The notes beneath the pieces are model-generated. The model saw only the letters and a list, made by a program, of their open reading frames with translations. It ran no database searches and was not told the DNA's origin. Below, piece after piece: positions 1 to 22,686 of a stretch of DNA of 64,000 nucleotides; the first letter of the stretch is position 1; each line of letters starts with the position of its first letter. This DNA comes from Tubulanus polymorphus (lineage: Eukaryota > Animalia > Nemertea): the NCBI RefSeq assembly GCF_964204645.1, contig NC_134030.1:5064778-5128777 (forward strand), read 5' to 3'. The translations under genes and the position numbers were made by a program.

Positions 1-187
1 TCCCCAAATCTGGTCAACCTTGTGTTGTATGTAATTTCCATTGATGGGGGGATACCTAAAAAGTGTTGACACGACCAGTGGGTCTTGAAGGAACCAGAGA
101 TTACATAGACCAAAGCAGATAAAGCCCTCTATCAAAATTACGAACCAAAAGTCGTAATACCTGTGTAATACCTCTAAGAATAACACC

Positions 188-193
188 TTTATT
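188..193 (-). promoter_or_regulatory. Candidate polyadenylation signal (AATAAA on -) for Gli, implying a 3' UTR of about 1.7 kb
   Basis: tttatt at 188-193, at the end of an AT-rich UTR-like stretch downstream of the Gli stop; another candidate near 622. Confidence 0.4.
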
Positions 194-1557
194 AATTACA
201 TTATTATAAAACAATTTTTGTTAAAAAATACACTATAAGTTTTTGTACAAGGGTTTTTTATCTTTAACTAATTGCATGAATATTTCATGCTACAGTATCT
301 ATTATGTCAGCGGTATAATGCAGGTGATAAAAACTACAAGTAAATGCACCACATAAGGTTAAATTATGCACATAATTCCATTTAATAATATCAAAACTTT
401 TAACATAATTTCACTTCATGGATAGTTCATCTCACAGCAGAGGCAGCAAGTTCAAAAATAAGAAATAAAAGAATAAAGTTAAATTTACCAATACCAGCAT
501 GGTAGGATTTGTATTGACCGAGATTCTTTAACAAAATTGTTTAGTTTATGAGTATTGTATCGAGTATATTAAGTACATATACCATTCCGCTTTATCGTAA
601 ATGATAATGATAAAATGCAATTTATTTTAAAAACAATTAACTAAAACAGTAATAAATCTATGGCTGCCTCCATACATTTGAACCTCATATACGATTGCTC
701 CTCAATCAGATATAACTTTCTCTTACCCCAGTGCAAATAGATCTACCTTATGTATGTCCGTGTCCAGTTGCAGAACAATGCTAACCTCATAATGATGAGA
801 ATATGTTAAGATCCCCTAAAAACAGCACATATTTCGATAATAAATCATAAGCACAGTAGCAAGGTAAATAAAATACAGTATTTTTGTACAGAGTTCATAA
901 ATCTCTTGAATATAAATGCAATTTTTCGTACATAAAAATATAAACTAACAGCAGCTGGAGATATCATGGGTAGCAAACACAAAAATCCTTCAGAAAACCA
1001 ATTAGAAAACAATGCATTTCATTGCATATTCTACTGATTTGAAGTATCATTTTGAGATATAGATCTGTAGAGCCTCTAAATCATCTGCTCTATCTTATGA
1101 ATAATCACATACTTTCTTTAACTTTATCAAACACTAAGTGTAATTCAGGTTCAATTATGATGCACTCCTTTTCTGTAAGCACAGTCCATAAAAACTTAAT
1201 CCATCTCATAGATGGACAGATAGATAGTTCCTTTCCTACGCCTAATGCATGCACTTATGTACACAATTTCTAATAGCTTTTTTCTCCAGTTTCAGTAGTA
1301 GTAATAGTAACAATTATTCATGTTCAAACAGTAACAGTATACATGTATAACCCGATTATAACATTTATAAATCTATACACAATTTCTATCAGAACTTTCT
1401 CCATAACTAAACCTAATGATTTTATACACACCATAAATTCATACGATTATCTATCATAATAATGTAAGCACAATGAGGTCAAAAAACATTTTTTCTAAAG
1501 CACAGTTTCTTTATAGTTCCAGTCTGCAATAGTAAATGAAGGCCACTTGATGGACAA

Positions 1558-1794
1558 GGGTCAGTTGCTCAAAAGTTGGTCCCGTGGATGTTGAAATAGT
1601 GAAAACTGATAATTCATTGATCCCGAAAACGTTTGTGTTAATAAACTGTCTTTACTCATTAGAAAATGCGGCTTTTAGTGTTATCGCTTCTATGGTTATT
1701 CGGATACTTGTACTCTCTACCTAAGATAATAATTCATTGTTACTATGGTATTTATCCGCCAGTTATCTTTAAACAACTTTTGAGCAACTGTCCC
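1558..1794. mobile_element. MITE, family A (GGGCCAGTT.. terminal inverted repeats, PIF/Harbinger-like)
   Basis: TIR gggtcagttgctcaaaagttg ... caacttttgagcaactgtccc; internal ttcattgttactatggtatttatccgccagttatctt shared with copies at 12193 and 49606. Confidence 0.75.
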
Positions 1795-1891
1795 CTGAAT
1801 GTCAACATCAAAAACTCATAAATCATAAACGAGACAATTTCTAATTATGCTTGCATTCAAAAAGATAAAACAATCAGGGACACAAAACTCT

Positions 1892-10589
<8,698 letters not shown>

Positions 10590-12192
10590 AGTCAGTATTC
10601 ACCTGTACTACCGAACAACGTGAGATTCAGAATATGAAAACTTTTAATAGCTGTGATTCTCCATTACTTCTCGCCGAGCGCAACAGCCGCAAAAATGTCC
10701 TTTTCAGCATTCATCTAGAGAGAGTTGTTCAGCACTGGTAATAATAGAGTTCATTCATTTGCAAGTTTTCAGTACGAAACAACAAACAACAGCAATCCCT
10801 GCGACGGGCGATGATGATGGTGGTATATATCGTTGGTACTGATGGTACGCCTAACTATTCCTACAATTCGCAACTGAACAACGTCGGTTTTAGCACAACA
10901 ACAACAACAGACCAGACCGTCAGCAACACTCAAGATTTAGCAGATATAAGGATGGTATAGTAAGCCTCTGTACAGGTACCAAGCTGTTCCTTCTTCACGT
11001 ATCTATTTCTCGGGAGGAAAGGAAATCATACACTGACTCATTGTTTGAGGTCAATAGCGCAGGGTTATCAGCACTAAAAGCGGGAAAAGAAAACGACAGG
11101 CTTTACAGACTTTACTGCTCAACAGCATCCATCATAGTGTAAACATCATCATAGCAAATCTCCACTTTTACACCCTCTGGTTACGAACAACTACGAACTG
11201 GTACTAATCAGAACTGGTACTAATCATCGGGCGCAAATAATCACTCGTAGTGTATTTGGAGAGTTACAGCATCTTTCATGACCCATATCGGCAGAAAAAA
11301 GACAAACTTTCACACCGGCGAAAAGTGTATCGCAATCTTTAATCGTATTCCAACGATTTTTGCTACATCATTTCTATACGATGTTTGCTCCGATGCCGGT
11401 GGAGTTGATGAAATATGAACTTGTACACAAATATCTCCCGCTTATAATATACACGACAGCTAACCTATACACAAATATGAACGTATCCTAAACAAATACC
11501 ATCGGCAGACACGTCAAGAATAGCTGATATCTTCATACAGAGATCTAGGTTGACTGAAAGCAGTCAGATACCACCAGTCACAGGAGCCTCCTCAGATTTT
11601 TATCCGCTCGACTTCACGTAGTTAAACTCAATCGAGGAATTATCAGCAACGCGGTCAAACTTCAGCAAATATTTGTAACTGTTGTAAAAAGAATTCGAAA
11701 CGTTTTTACGAAGCATTTCCGCGCAATGTCGGACTCATAAATTTTGACAAACTGAAGATATCGACTATCATCGAAGTCCGAAACTTTTTCATTCCCTCAT
11801 AAAGCACTATTAATCAGTCATCTTGAAGTCGTCGATATAGCGCTGCATACAGCTTATATATATTTCCTTCTCCGTGAGGTTTATGCGTGTAACAACTCAT
11901 GTAATATCGGAAGATGATATCTGGTGAACAACTCTCTTTACAAATGTACCAACATCGGTGGACACGTGTTCCCTGGTGGCTTATTCCATCTCTATAGGCT
12001 TTTCCATGACATCTATAGGCATTTTCATAGTAGCAGTCTGAGAGGGACGGGGGAACAAAAGACTAGCGTTTTTGTCATTGTGCTAGGCCAAACGAATTTA
12101 CGTCTGTTTTCGATCTTCGTCAAAATCTGAATGAATGTAACAAATCACAAGACAAGAAGAGATGACTTCTTCTTGACTTGCTTTAAGACGAG

Positions 12193-12318
12193 GGGCCAGT
12201 TGGTCAAAAGTTGGTTAGAGTTAAATAGTTGATAGCTGAATAGTTACAATTAAAAAGTTCATTGTTATTATGGTATTTATCTGCCAGTTATCTTCACCAA
12301 CTTTTGACCAACTGGCCC
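12193..12318. mobile_element. MITE, family A
   Basis: TIR gggccagttggtcaaaagttgg ... ccaacttttgaccaactggccc; flanks GAG/CAG. Confidence 0.8.
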
Positions 12319-14928
12319 CAGTTATCCTTAATTAATTGATCAAACTTGTTAATTAGTCAAACTTTATAACCTACTGTTGAATAAAAAATCCTCTCCTAGG
12401 CTGGAGGAGGATTGCAAGAACTAATTCATCTAAATTCAAAAACAGTTCTGCGAACCGAATGGGACAGACTTGTTCCTACCAAGAAACAGGAATGAAATGA
12501 TGTGGCCTCAGACTGCAGGACATTAGAGGGGAAGGAAAAGAATATGCAATGGAATTTAGTTTCATTGTGGCATCATTTTGACCGACTGAGTGGTTGAAAG
12601 GTTTGAAATGAATCTGTGTCAATCCTTTCAATTGTAGGGGTTTTCAGAGGGGATTCATTCCGATACAGTGAAATAATAACCCTGTGCGCCCTGTCATAAA
12701 AACCTAACTCAAACCCTGAATGTAAACCACATCCGTTGTTGAGTGCAATGCTATCAATTTATTGCATTCCGTAAAGTTGCTTTTCAGAAGGTTTTGTTAT
12801 TGCAACGATGAAGAATGATACAGAACGATATGTGATGAAAAATATACGTGAAAAGACGTAATTTCAATCATCGAAACATCTTTAAGTGTAATGAATAATC
12901 ATCATCAAACACTGACAGGGTGGTAGCTTCTCTTATTTATAGATTTCAAACATTTGATTCTTAAAATCAAGGGATGGAAAATCCATGAATGTATCACACT
13001 CAGATAAATCATCACATCCCTTTAGTTATCTCTATGTTTTAGTACCCGATTTGGCCAATGTACGTGGTCAATTGGATAATTCGTCACTTCTTTCAGTCCT
13101 CAGACAGACAAGTTATCACAGGTTGACTGTATTGATATTGTGATGGAGACTCATTTCATCCGCATATGTTCGTGACAAATTAAAGGTTCCTATCATCTGA
13201 TGAGTACAAAACTTGACCGTAATCTGACCACTTGACCAGTTAGACTTTATTTTTTCAATACCTGCAGGTGAATAATGGCCTCGGTGAACCTGAACCGGAT
13301 GATAGGGAAATAATATGTTTTAAGAGTCCGTAGGCTATCAACACAAAACCTGTAGGTATAAGTGGTTGTGTTTGATGTTAAAGAGGGATGACCCCAGGGA
13401 TAGATGGATAAGGGGATGGTCAAAAAGCAGCAGAATCAAATTACACGCTAGATTTCATTAAAGAAATTTGAAGATTGTTCCGGGTTCCATTAGCTTAGCC
13501 GGGCTGAGGTAGGAATATAAACGTAAAAAAAGGTCGGTTGAAAACATACGAATACGTGCGAAATAGAGAAACAATGTATCAACCATAATAAATTAATGCT
13601 AACCAAACTAAACCTTCCAACTGAGTCTCAGACGTATTGTTTTCATCTCTGATCAAAGGTCACTTATTATTGAATTTATTCGGGAATGCAAGGACATGAA
13701 CCGCATTCTTAAGAATGTATATATCATTCCTTTAGAGTAGGCATGAATAAACCCCAAAATTTGCCTTTTTACCAAAAATATTCACAACCAAACGAACGAT
13801 TCAATATGAGAAATGTTTAAAATCATTGAAGTTTCTTAACCAGAACTTTTTCATTCATGCAGAATTTATCACTGAAAATAGTTGGTTTCATCATTTACTT
13901 ACTTAAAATTATGCGGAGTAATCCAATTTTCGATGCAAACTTTTGGAATCAATCGATTGAAGATATATTCCTCTTTATGCGGGAAAATATATGCCATTCC
14001 AGATGAAATATGTCCAAGTAAGAGGTTCAGAATTTTACACTTGTATGGGGTCTGAGTAGTTAAGGGTGACTGGACTGAAACCATGTCACTATTTTCACTG
14101 TGATACTAATGGAAAACTAACACCTGAATCAATGTATAGATTTAAATAAATTCAATTCCTCATCCATATAGCACACATAATAACGTACGTAATTTCCTGT
14201 TATCCCAAGCTTGATAATTACTCGATCGATTTCTCGCATTACGTAACACCCCGAATTCATCACAATGAAATATGTGAAACCCAGAGAATGTTACAAATCA
14301 GAAAACCCTGCCGATGAGATATACCTCTAATTAAACACCCATCTCATACAACGTTAATCTATGAATCAATTGTGTTCACGAATCAAAGCAAAATTTAGCC
14401 CTTGCTCAATTGAGCTTCTTCAATCTCGTCTGATGATTTTCCGAAGGCACACAATACATAGACACGGGTTGCTTCCTATTGTTACCGATTTCTCCTGTCG
14501 TCCGTGTTGACTTAAATACTAGAGAGATAATATTTTCAATCGGTTGTATTTGTCACATCAGTCGCCGGATTGTTATCGTGTAGAGTGGTCACGCTCTGAT
14601 TCTTTCGAAAAAGAATGCAATACATAGGAAATCGTAAATCGAGGTTCCCGTCTTCATCAATATTTCTCAGAATCTTCAATATATTTCGATGACTCTTCAG
14701 AAGAGGAAACACAATAATATAGTGAAGAGTGATGTGTACTCAATAGTTAAACGATTCAATTTAAATATCTTTCAAAGTATTTCGTATGTTAAAAGTCTGT
14801 TTAGACCGGATGGGACTATAAAGTTAAAGACCTCTACATTTGACATAAGTCAAAAGAGAATCCATCAAATTTAATCAATTTGGATTCTTATCAGATGAAA
14901 TATGATAACCATCATTTCGATGCCATTA

Positions 14929-15193
14929 CAGGGTGGCCTCTTTTATTTGACTTTTCCCCTGATATTCCCTGACATGTACGTTGCTTTCCCTGGCTTCATT
15001 TGGTTAGAATCCAATTGATTAACACGGTCAATACGTAAAACATAGTCAGGGAAACTGTTTGATGATCTAGAAATTTCAACAAATTTCTCCTCTGCCTTTT
15101 CCCTGATTTACAGCTTTTTTTAAACGAAATTCCCTGATTTCTCTTTTGAAAATAAAATTCCCTGACTTTTCCAGGTAGATGCCCATCACCCTG
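14929..15193. mobile_element. MITE, family B (CAGGGTGGCC...CACCCTG ends, internal TTCCCTGA repeats)
   Basis: Homologous to 22441-22686 and 26742-26957; repeated ttccctga motifs and ttccaggta near the 3' end. Confidence 0.7.
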
Positions 15194-17586
15194 CATTAGC
15201 ATCTTGGAAATAAGTGAACACAACCATCAGAAAATCTAGTAAAAACCCTGGCAAACGACGAAGAACATAATGAGCAGCCATCTTTACTCACAAAGTGGAA
15301 GCCATTTCAATATAATTGAGTTGAAAATAGTGCAGAAAATATCGAATCTCGAAATAGTGCAGAATGCAAAATGATGGAAACCATACATACCAGATAATCC
15401 TCTAACAGCTACTACTTATCAGTAACTTTCTGAAATTAGTCCGATCTGATAATCCAAACTGATTTAATCAGTGCAGCGAAATTCCCGTGAGTGTACTATA
15501 CTGGTCCATACTATTAAAATAAAGGGTGGATTTTTTTCCCAGAAAATGTCGCTCTCTTTCTCTGACTCTCTCCCTCTCTCTTTACCACCAGAGTGTTTGT
15601 ATTTGTTGATGTAAACTTTGTTCTTCAGACCTACATGGCCCAGGCTGTATTCGCAGAAATAAACTTACTTCCAAAGATGATTCCTGATTTATTTACATAT
15701 CTACTGGTGTTTATTGCAGCTCGACATATTTATTCCATATGCAGCCAGGGTCGTGTCTCCTCTGAGGAGGTCGCGATGGCGATCCAATTCCCGAGGTCAG
15801 TGGGGTCAGTCACCTGCCGTTGCTACTCAACTGTTTCACCACGAGTAGCAGTTGAGGTAGCAACAGAAAAGACACAAAATATTTCCCCGAGAATTTCAGG
15901 AATTTTGAATTTTCGAGGTAAAGTTTATCGTTTAAACCGAGAATCTTTCGCATCAGTCACGAAAAACATTTTTTGCAAATTTGATTTCGGTTTATTTCGA
16001 AGAATGAAAAATGATGTTATTGCTCTGCGTATCGCGGAACAATAATTATCGCGATGGGTTTTGTTTTTTCGTCATCGGTGTTTGCAGTCAGATTGTCGTC
16101 GCAATAACCACTCATCCCGATGTAGTATACGCCATTATAGAGAAGTTTTTAATCATATGCGTAAGATCACCGATCGGCTTTTGATTTTGATTGGGCATCC
16201 CGTTACCCGTTTCCGAAAAAAACTGATAAGCTCCGAATTGACAGAATTCCAGTAAATCACGGGTGATTTGAGGTAACCTCCGATGCGCATGCACACTCTG
16301 ATTTACTTACAATAATTAATTCACCTTCGGCTTGATTATAATGTTATGCACGATCACAATACCGAAACATGGTGATCGTCTTTAATAGCTCATTATTAAT
16401 CGGCGAATAATTCCGCGATTTGAAATGTCATGTTTCATCCGAGAATGATCGACAGATTAGCACAAAATTCTCTTTGTTAATTTCCCATAAAACAAATGTT
16501 TATCTTGTTTTTCATGGCATCGAAATCACATAAATATTACACCAGCTTACAGCGAAATTATGCCTGATTTTTTACTCGTATTTTAGCGGATGAAAAACAT
16601 CAGATTCGGGCTCCTTCGCGGTCGGGTGAATTGAATTTCATCGAAATAAGATCCTCAGATTCAGTCCCGAAGGCACAGGTTTTCCTAAAGGTTTCCAAAG
16701 GTTTTCCCTATACTGAAAACGATACCAGGCGACCTCCAAAATTGTGAAACTAATAACTATTTTCCGAACATATTTTCATGCTATGTTTTCATCCAATCCG
16801 TACAATCGAGTTTTTCTCGTATCCATAAAATAACAACAAAAGCGAGATATCAGTTTTCAGGAATCAGTATAGATCTAGCCGACTAGTCCTATCACAAGTG
16901 GTCTTATGTACGTCGATTAGAAATTCGCTACCGAATAATTCACCTCTCGCTTTTTTTCCGATGACAATAATACGTTCATCGAAACGCACTTCAAAGAACG
17001 CATCGAACTTCGGTAATATTTGACGTTTTGTCCGTCGAACAAACGCAATGATTTTATCAAGAATTCGACGAGTGAAGCATCGTAGAAATCTCAAGTCGTG
17101 GTCATATTATATACGCATATTCATAACATATATACAATCAAACTGTCAATCCATTCGAAAGGCTCCACCTTAACGGAATAATTTAGACAAAATTACGGTA
17201 ATTCGCAGCATTTATAGAAACTAATAGAAACGTCGAGAAAGTGCGGCAGCAAAATGTTATACTTCAATAAATCCGATAGAATTTTTCGACGCGGATTTCA
17301 CACGAGATTCAAGTACAATCCTTCCGACGTATTGACGTTCAGTCATAGACCGAGGAAGTTCTTATCCGTTCACAAAAATCAAATCTCATAAAATGCGGAG
17401 AACGTTGTCACACGACTGGACCGCGCTCGCGATCATCGTCGACATCTTCAAAATGCAAAGTCTAAATGTGTTTTGCGGGAGTTTTCTAAGAACATGTGGA
17501 GCTCTGCAGTGGACCGATGTATGTTGAACAGAAGTGCCTATATCGAATATAGAGGGAAAGATGCAACTTGGCTGTACATTACAACT

Positions 17587-17595
17587 TGGGTGGTC
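17587..17595 (-). promoter_or_regulatory. Perfect GLI consensus binding site (GACCACCCA on -)
   Basis: TGGGTGGTC on +, inside a CpG-enriched region about 7 kb upstream of the Gli start codon. Function is inferred. Confidence 0.45.
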
Positions 17596-19526
17596 TCTAC
17601 CTCACAAGTAGGCAGATCGCTACAGTGAATAGAATCTTCGGAAATTTCGTTTATTCCTGTATTGTTCGGCGTTGATTTGAATAATGACTTTGTATAATCG
17701 GCTTCAATACCGAAGTGAAGACTCCGTATTGAGAGAAAAATGACTCGACATTGAGTCGTTTAAACGGGGAGGTTACACGACGATGACGGAATCATCGCAT
17801 CCACGATTCATCGCGTCCTCACGTCCTCGATGAGGCATCGGTTTGAAACACCGCCATCACGCGGTCGTTACATTATCATAATAAACATCGTGACACACAA
17901 TGTCGTAGTCACAATATTAGTTCTTTATCGAGCGCCAAAAAACTTGATACCTTCACGAACTGAGTACGTGAAAAAATGTACATAGATAGATGGGGAAAAA
18001 TTATGTGTTACTTTTTAAATTCTCTTTTCATTCGCATCTGTAGCTATGTAGATATCCACAAAAAATTCAAATATTTCGAAAGGTTTTCTTTATGATTGTT
18101 ACATCCTTGCCTCAGTACTAAAAGGTTATCATTTTGTGACGATAGATATTCAGTGTGATATCAGAAAGATCTTCATTTGTATAGTAAATAATATGCAATA
18201 ATTTCAAATTTTAAGCTCTACTAAATCGGAGCCATGCTGTGTCAAAGAGAATTCATTGAAATAATGGTGTCAGGCTTTACATGTTGCAGGGTAACCTTTT
18301 TAAAGAGTTTACAAGTCCATAGCCAGTCATTGGGATGGTGGATTTTTTGTAATGTGCACACACTAAAGGCATGCAGTTTTAGTCAGGGGTTCTGGGGAGT
18401 GCTCCCCTTGATAATCTTATGCAAATTAGATGCGATTTGGAGTGAAAACGGAAGGAACTTTTGCTTCATTTTGCAGGCAGCAATTGAGTGTTAATGGGTG
18501 ACAGATACAGGATGTGTCAATGGGGTCCGGACCCCGCTCAAATCTTAAAATTCCATCCTCAAAAATTGAGGATGCAATATTTTCTGAAAGATCAAAATCT
18601 AGGTTGAAAAACTGAAAATATCAAATTTTGTTGCGGCAATCATTCGAGAAGATCTAAAAAAGACTTGTGTTTATGGAACACAGATTACATTAAACTACAG
18701 AGAAGCTTGCCCAGTGGACACCTCCCTCTCCATTGGCCCTGGATCCGCCCTGGGGGTCAGTGGGTTAAAATACAAGAAATAGAGATCAAAGAGTCGAATT
18801 GTGGTTTTCTACTATGATGAGAATGACATTTCATACAAACACAAGTGAACCACTGGCGCCAAAATAACTAATATATCAATCTTCTGTTTATGTAAACTTT
18901 TGATGACAATCTTTCACCTAATTTGAGAACAAACAAACCATTGTTTTATCATTTTTTTTCAAGTACCTATCCGACACTACTTTCAGGCCTATATAGTACA
19001 TAGTACTAACATCAAAGGTATTCATTCGCGTGTTCTTAGATGCGAATCTGTCAGAATATATACACGTTTCAACTGTTGTTCAACACGGTTGAAAAAGATT
19101 GATCCATTTATTGGACACTGTCACCGTCATTTATGTTACCTTTATTAGAACTCATTAATTATGTAATGATGAATTAACAGCGAGGTGTAAAAGTCTTCAC
19201 GCTAATCAACTCAGTCTAATCGAATCTGTCAAATAATATTTACGCGCGGAGCCGATGTTCTGTTTTGTGAGGGTGGTGAAGGAAGTTATACATATTTCCC
19301 TCCAAGTCTCCAACTGACTCCTCCTGTTCTTGGATTTTTAAAAAAGATTTTAGTACTACGTATATACAATAGGGGGCAATGCTATCAGAGAAGAATCATT
19401 TGATGTGTGTCGCTATGGATGCCAGGTTTGGAGATATGAAAATCTTGATTTAGAGCATAGAATCTCAAGTCATAGTGTCCTAAGATTTTAATGAAAGCGA
19501 CGAAATATTCTCATAATTTACATCAG

Positions 19527-19665
19527 GGCCCAGTTTCACAAAAAAGTTTAACTGAAATTTTTGGTGTAAGTAATTGCCATTGGCATTGGTTACTTCATAT
19601 CTTCAATGAGGACAACAATTCAAACTTAACCGTTTTAGGCTTAAACTTTTTCGTGAAACTGGGCC
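19527..19665. mobile_element. PIF/Harbinger-like MITE with CAG target-site duplication (related to family A)
   Basis: CAG|ggcccagtttcacaaaaaagttt ... aaactttttcgtgaaactgggcc|CAG. Confidence 0.8.
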
Positions 19666-20858
19666 CAGGGCTGAGATGTTATTAATTGGGTGATTCATTT
19701 ATTTATCATTAAACGTATTATATACAATGCAACAACCCTTATTTCTTGTTTTTGGTTTCGACTAGTAGCCTAGAACTCTAGGATCTTGCAATTCAACATT
19801 TCATCCTCGAGCAAACATCCAGGTCTTACAACCTCACCTCCAAAAAATTAAGTTCAATAATAGTTAATCAACAATAAATCCTAAAGCTTAGGAAACACAT
19901 TTTCCGGGGCACCATGTACATTTTGTACATTTTATTTTTGATCGCACTCTAATGAAATCTTTGAAAAACATCTGATTATGAACATGTTTGGTAACCTTGA
20001 TTTCATTTTCAAAAAATCCAACAACGCAGTTTGCTAAATTCATCGAAATAGGAATATATGTATATAGAACCCCTCAAAGGTTAATAGAAATATATTTGTT
20101 ATATTTTGTTAAGAAAAGTTTATATTTTCTGTTGTTATGTAAATGTCGTATATAATATATTTTTATAGACTCTCTCCATTTACCATGGAAATGATTGGAA
20201 TGTAAATAAATTCCTAATTCCTAAATCCCTAATTCCTATCCTATCGTTAACTAACTTTGAAAGAATTAGAGCCGCATACTCGAATCAGGAATAAAGCCCT
20301 GTAGTCAATCATTGTATTACTCGCTGAATGCGTCATTCATTTTTGAAGATTATCTCATACCGTGGAATATCAATTCACTGCTGCTATCAGCAATCTGAAT
20401 CCTAAAAATATCCTCTCAACATCTTGAGCCGTGTACGCCATTAAGATTACCTATTGTGTAACGTCTATAAAAAACTCTACCGATTCAATTGATATCCTTG
20501 CGCAAACCGCAAATACAACAAACTCTATGAGGATCAGAAAATATAAAAATATGTTTCAAACATATACAGTCACCATATTTTTCTATCGAACATAAGAAAA
20601 ACTACTGGAATGGTTTGGAGGAGGCACTCACACATGTTAGCAACAACATGATTTTTTTGTATAAGTTAGGAACCCGAATTCTGTTTGAATGATGAGTATT
20701 AGCCCAGTATTGGGATTCCTTTAGGGTCAGCGAGGGTTGAATTTGAGTTTGGAGTCTGTGAAGAATCTAGATCCAGGATAATAAGGGGAGCCATAACAAT
20801 CTTTGCAGACATCCCATCACAAACAACAGCAACACAAAATGGAGTGAATAGATTTGAC

Positions 20859-21298
20859 GATGAATTTGAACTGGCGAGGATTGTTTGAACGCAATGAATT
20901 TGAACTGGAGAGGATTGTTTGAACGCAATGAATTTGAACTGGAGAGGATTGTTTGAACGCGATGAATTTGAACTGGAGAGGATTGTTTGAACTCGATGAA
21001 TTTGAACTGGAGAGGATTGTTTGAACGCGATGAATTTGAACTGGAGAGGATTGTTTGAACGCGATGAATTTGAACTGGAGAGGATTGTTTGAACGCGATG
21101 AATTTGAACTGGAGAGGATTGTTTGAACGCGATGAATTTGAACTGGAGAGGATTGTTTGAACGCGATGAATTTGAACTGGAGAGGATTGTTTGAACGCGA
21201 TGAATTTGAACTGGAGAGGATTGTTTGAACGCAATGAATTTGAACTGGAGAGGATTGTTTGAACGCGATGAATTTGAACTGGAGGATTGTTTGAACGC
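20859..21298. repeat. Minisatellite, 13 x 34 bp (gatgaatttgaactggagaggattgtttgaacgc)
   Basis: Near-perfect head-to-tail array with few variants (gca/gcg, one 2-bp deletion in the last unit). Confidence 0.97.
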
Positions 21299-21674
21299 GG
21301 AGAACAGCGAGCCCCGGTACCGATGGTAAACTGTACCCCATATTGCGCCAACATCTTCAGATGTGTTTACTAACCAAACAATTCGAGTTGATTTAAGAAC
21401 CAAATCCCGACAGTGGTTCTATGATGAAATGTACTACTTCACCCCAGGGTATAGTAACAAATGTTTCACATATATCGTTTCCTTTCCGATGATCATCATA
21501 AACTTCAAACGTTTACAATATTTGAAAAAATGATAATTGGGCAGGTTCCCTACCTTCAAATCTGAAAATACAATGAACAAGACCTGCTACAGGACCATCT
21601 TCCTTACGATCAAGATAATTGAAATAACTATGAAGCATTTTACAAGTATTCATGGGTGATTCTTTAATTTTCCC

Positions 21675-21890
21675 AAATGGAAATGGGACCTTCGTAAAAG
21701 TGAACATACAATCGCACAACAGGGATGTCAACATTTTAGTGGTGACTGATTGATTGATTGATAAAGAGATTTTCATGAAAAACTGCTGAAGAAAACGTTG
21801 ACTTTGAGCAAGCAATTGACATCCGAGAACTAAATGAAGTGTTAAATGAATTTATCAAATATTTTCAAATAATATTTTGAAATTCCCAAG
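21675..21890. repeat. Dispersed repeat, copy 2
   Basis: Matches 8240-8440. Confidence 0.65.
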
Positions 21891-22440
21891 TTTGTCCCGA
21901 TTTCGAGGAACCACGTGGATGAAGGGACCAAACTGTGGCTAAACTACTAGAGATGCTCTCTCCGGCTCAGGATCAGTGAATACTGGCAGAAAGAAACCTG
22001 TTCGTTTCCGAACAGACGGAAAAATTAACTTCACGCCTGAAATGAGAACGAGTATTTTCACGCTAGATTCGTTTAGAAGTCTGTGAGTACACATTCAGCT
22101 CCGTCCCGCACGTATACGTGGTTTAACTACATCTAATTAACGAAGAAATTGCTGAGAAAAAACAACTCGGCGAGTTATTTTAACGTTCTCATGTATCGGA
22201 ACGAGCTTCAAACCGAAACATCAAATGAGAGTTGACTCAAAATCAATATATCAATTAATAAATCTTCATGGAGATAGTAGGAGCCTGCTAATGGGGTTAG
22301 TTAAAACTAGGTGAACTGATTATTCAAAACTAGATGAGCACATCTACACAGAGTTTCCAAGATGTGGCGCTTACAAAGAAGAAACCAATGAAAATAAAAT
22401 AGTTCCGAAGTTCTTAACTTTAATAAAACGCGTAGATAAT

Positions 22441-22686
22441 CAGGGTGGCCACTTTTATTTGACTTATAATGTTGTTTTCCCTGACTTGATCTGCTAAGAA
22501 TCTGATCAAATACAAGGCACAAATGGAAACTGTTTGATTATACGCACAATATAACTCAAATAATCTTAACAAATATCCCAGACTTTACCCTGATTTTAAG
22601 CTTTTTTAGAAAATTCCCTGACTTTTTTTTGAGAAAATAAAATTCCCTGATTTTTCCCTGATTTCCAGGTAAGTGGCGCCACCCTG
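22441..22686. mobile_element. MITE, family B
   Basis: cagggtggccact ... aagtggcgccaccctg; internal ttttccctgacttgatctgctaagaatc shared with the 26742 copy. Confidence 0.75.

Noticed and set aside
15593-16045. 150-aa ORF (+); likewise 9410-9808
   Set aside because: No recognisable homology; antisense within Gli intronic or upstream DNA.
20859-21298. CRISPR-like array (34-bp repeats)
   Set aside because: Units are contiguous with no unique spacers, there are no cas genes, and the context is eukaryotic; it is a minisatellite.
20699-21403. Three overlapping ORFs of 174-234 aa
   Set aside because: Artefacts of the stop-free tandem repeat; no splice or homology support.
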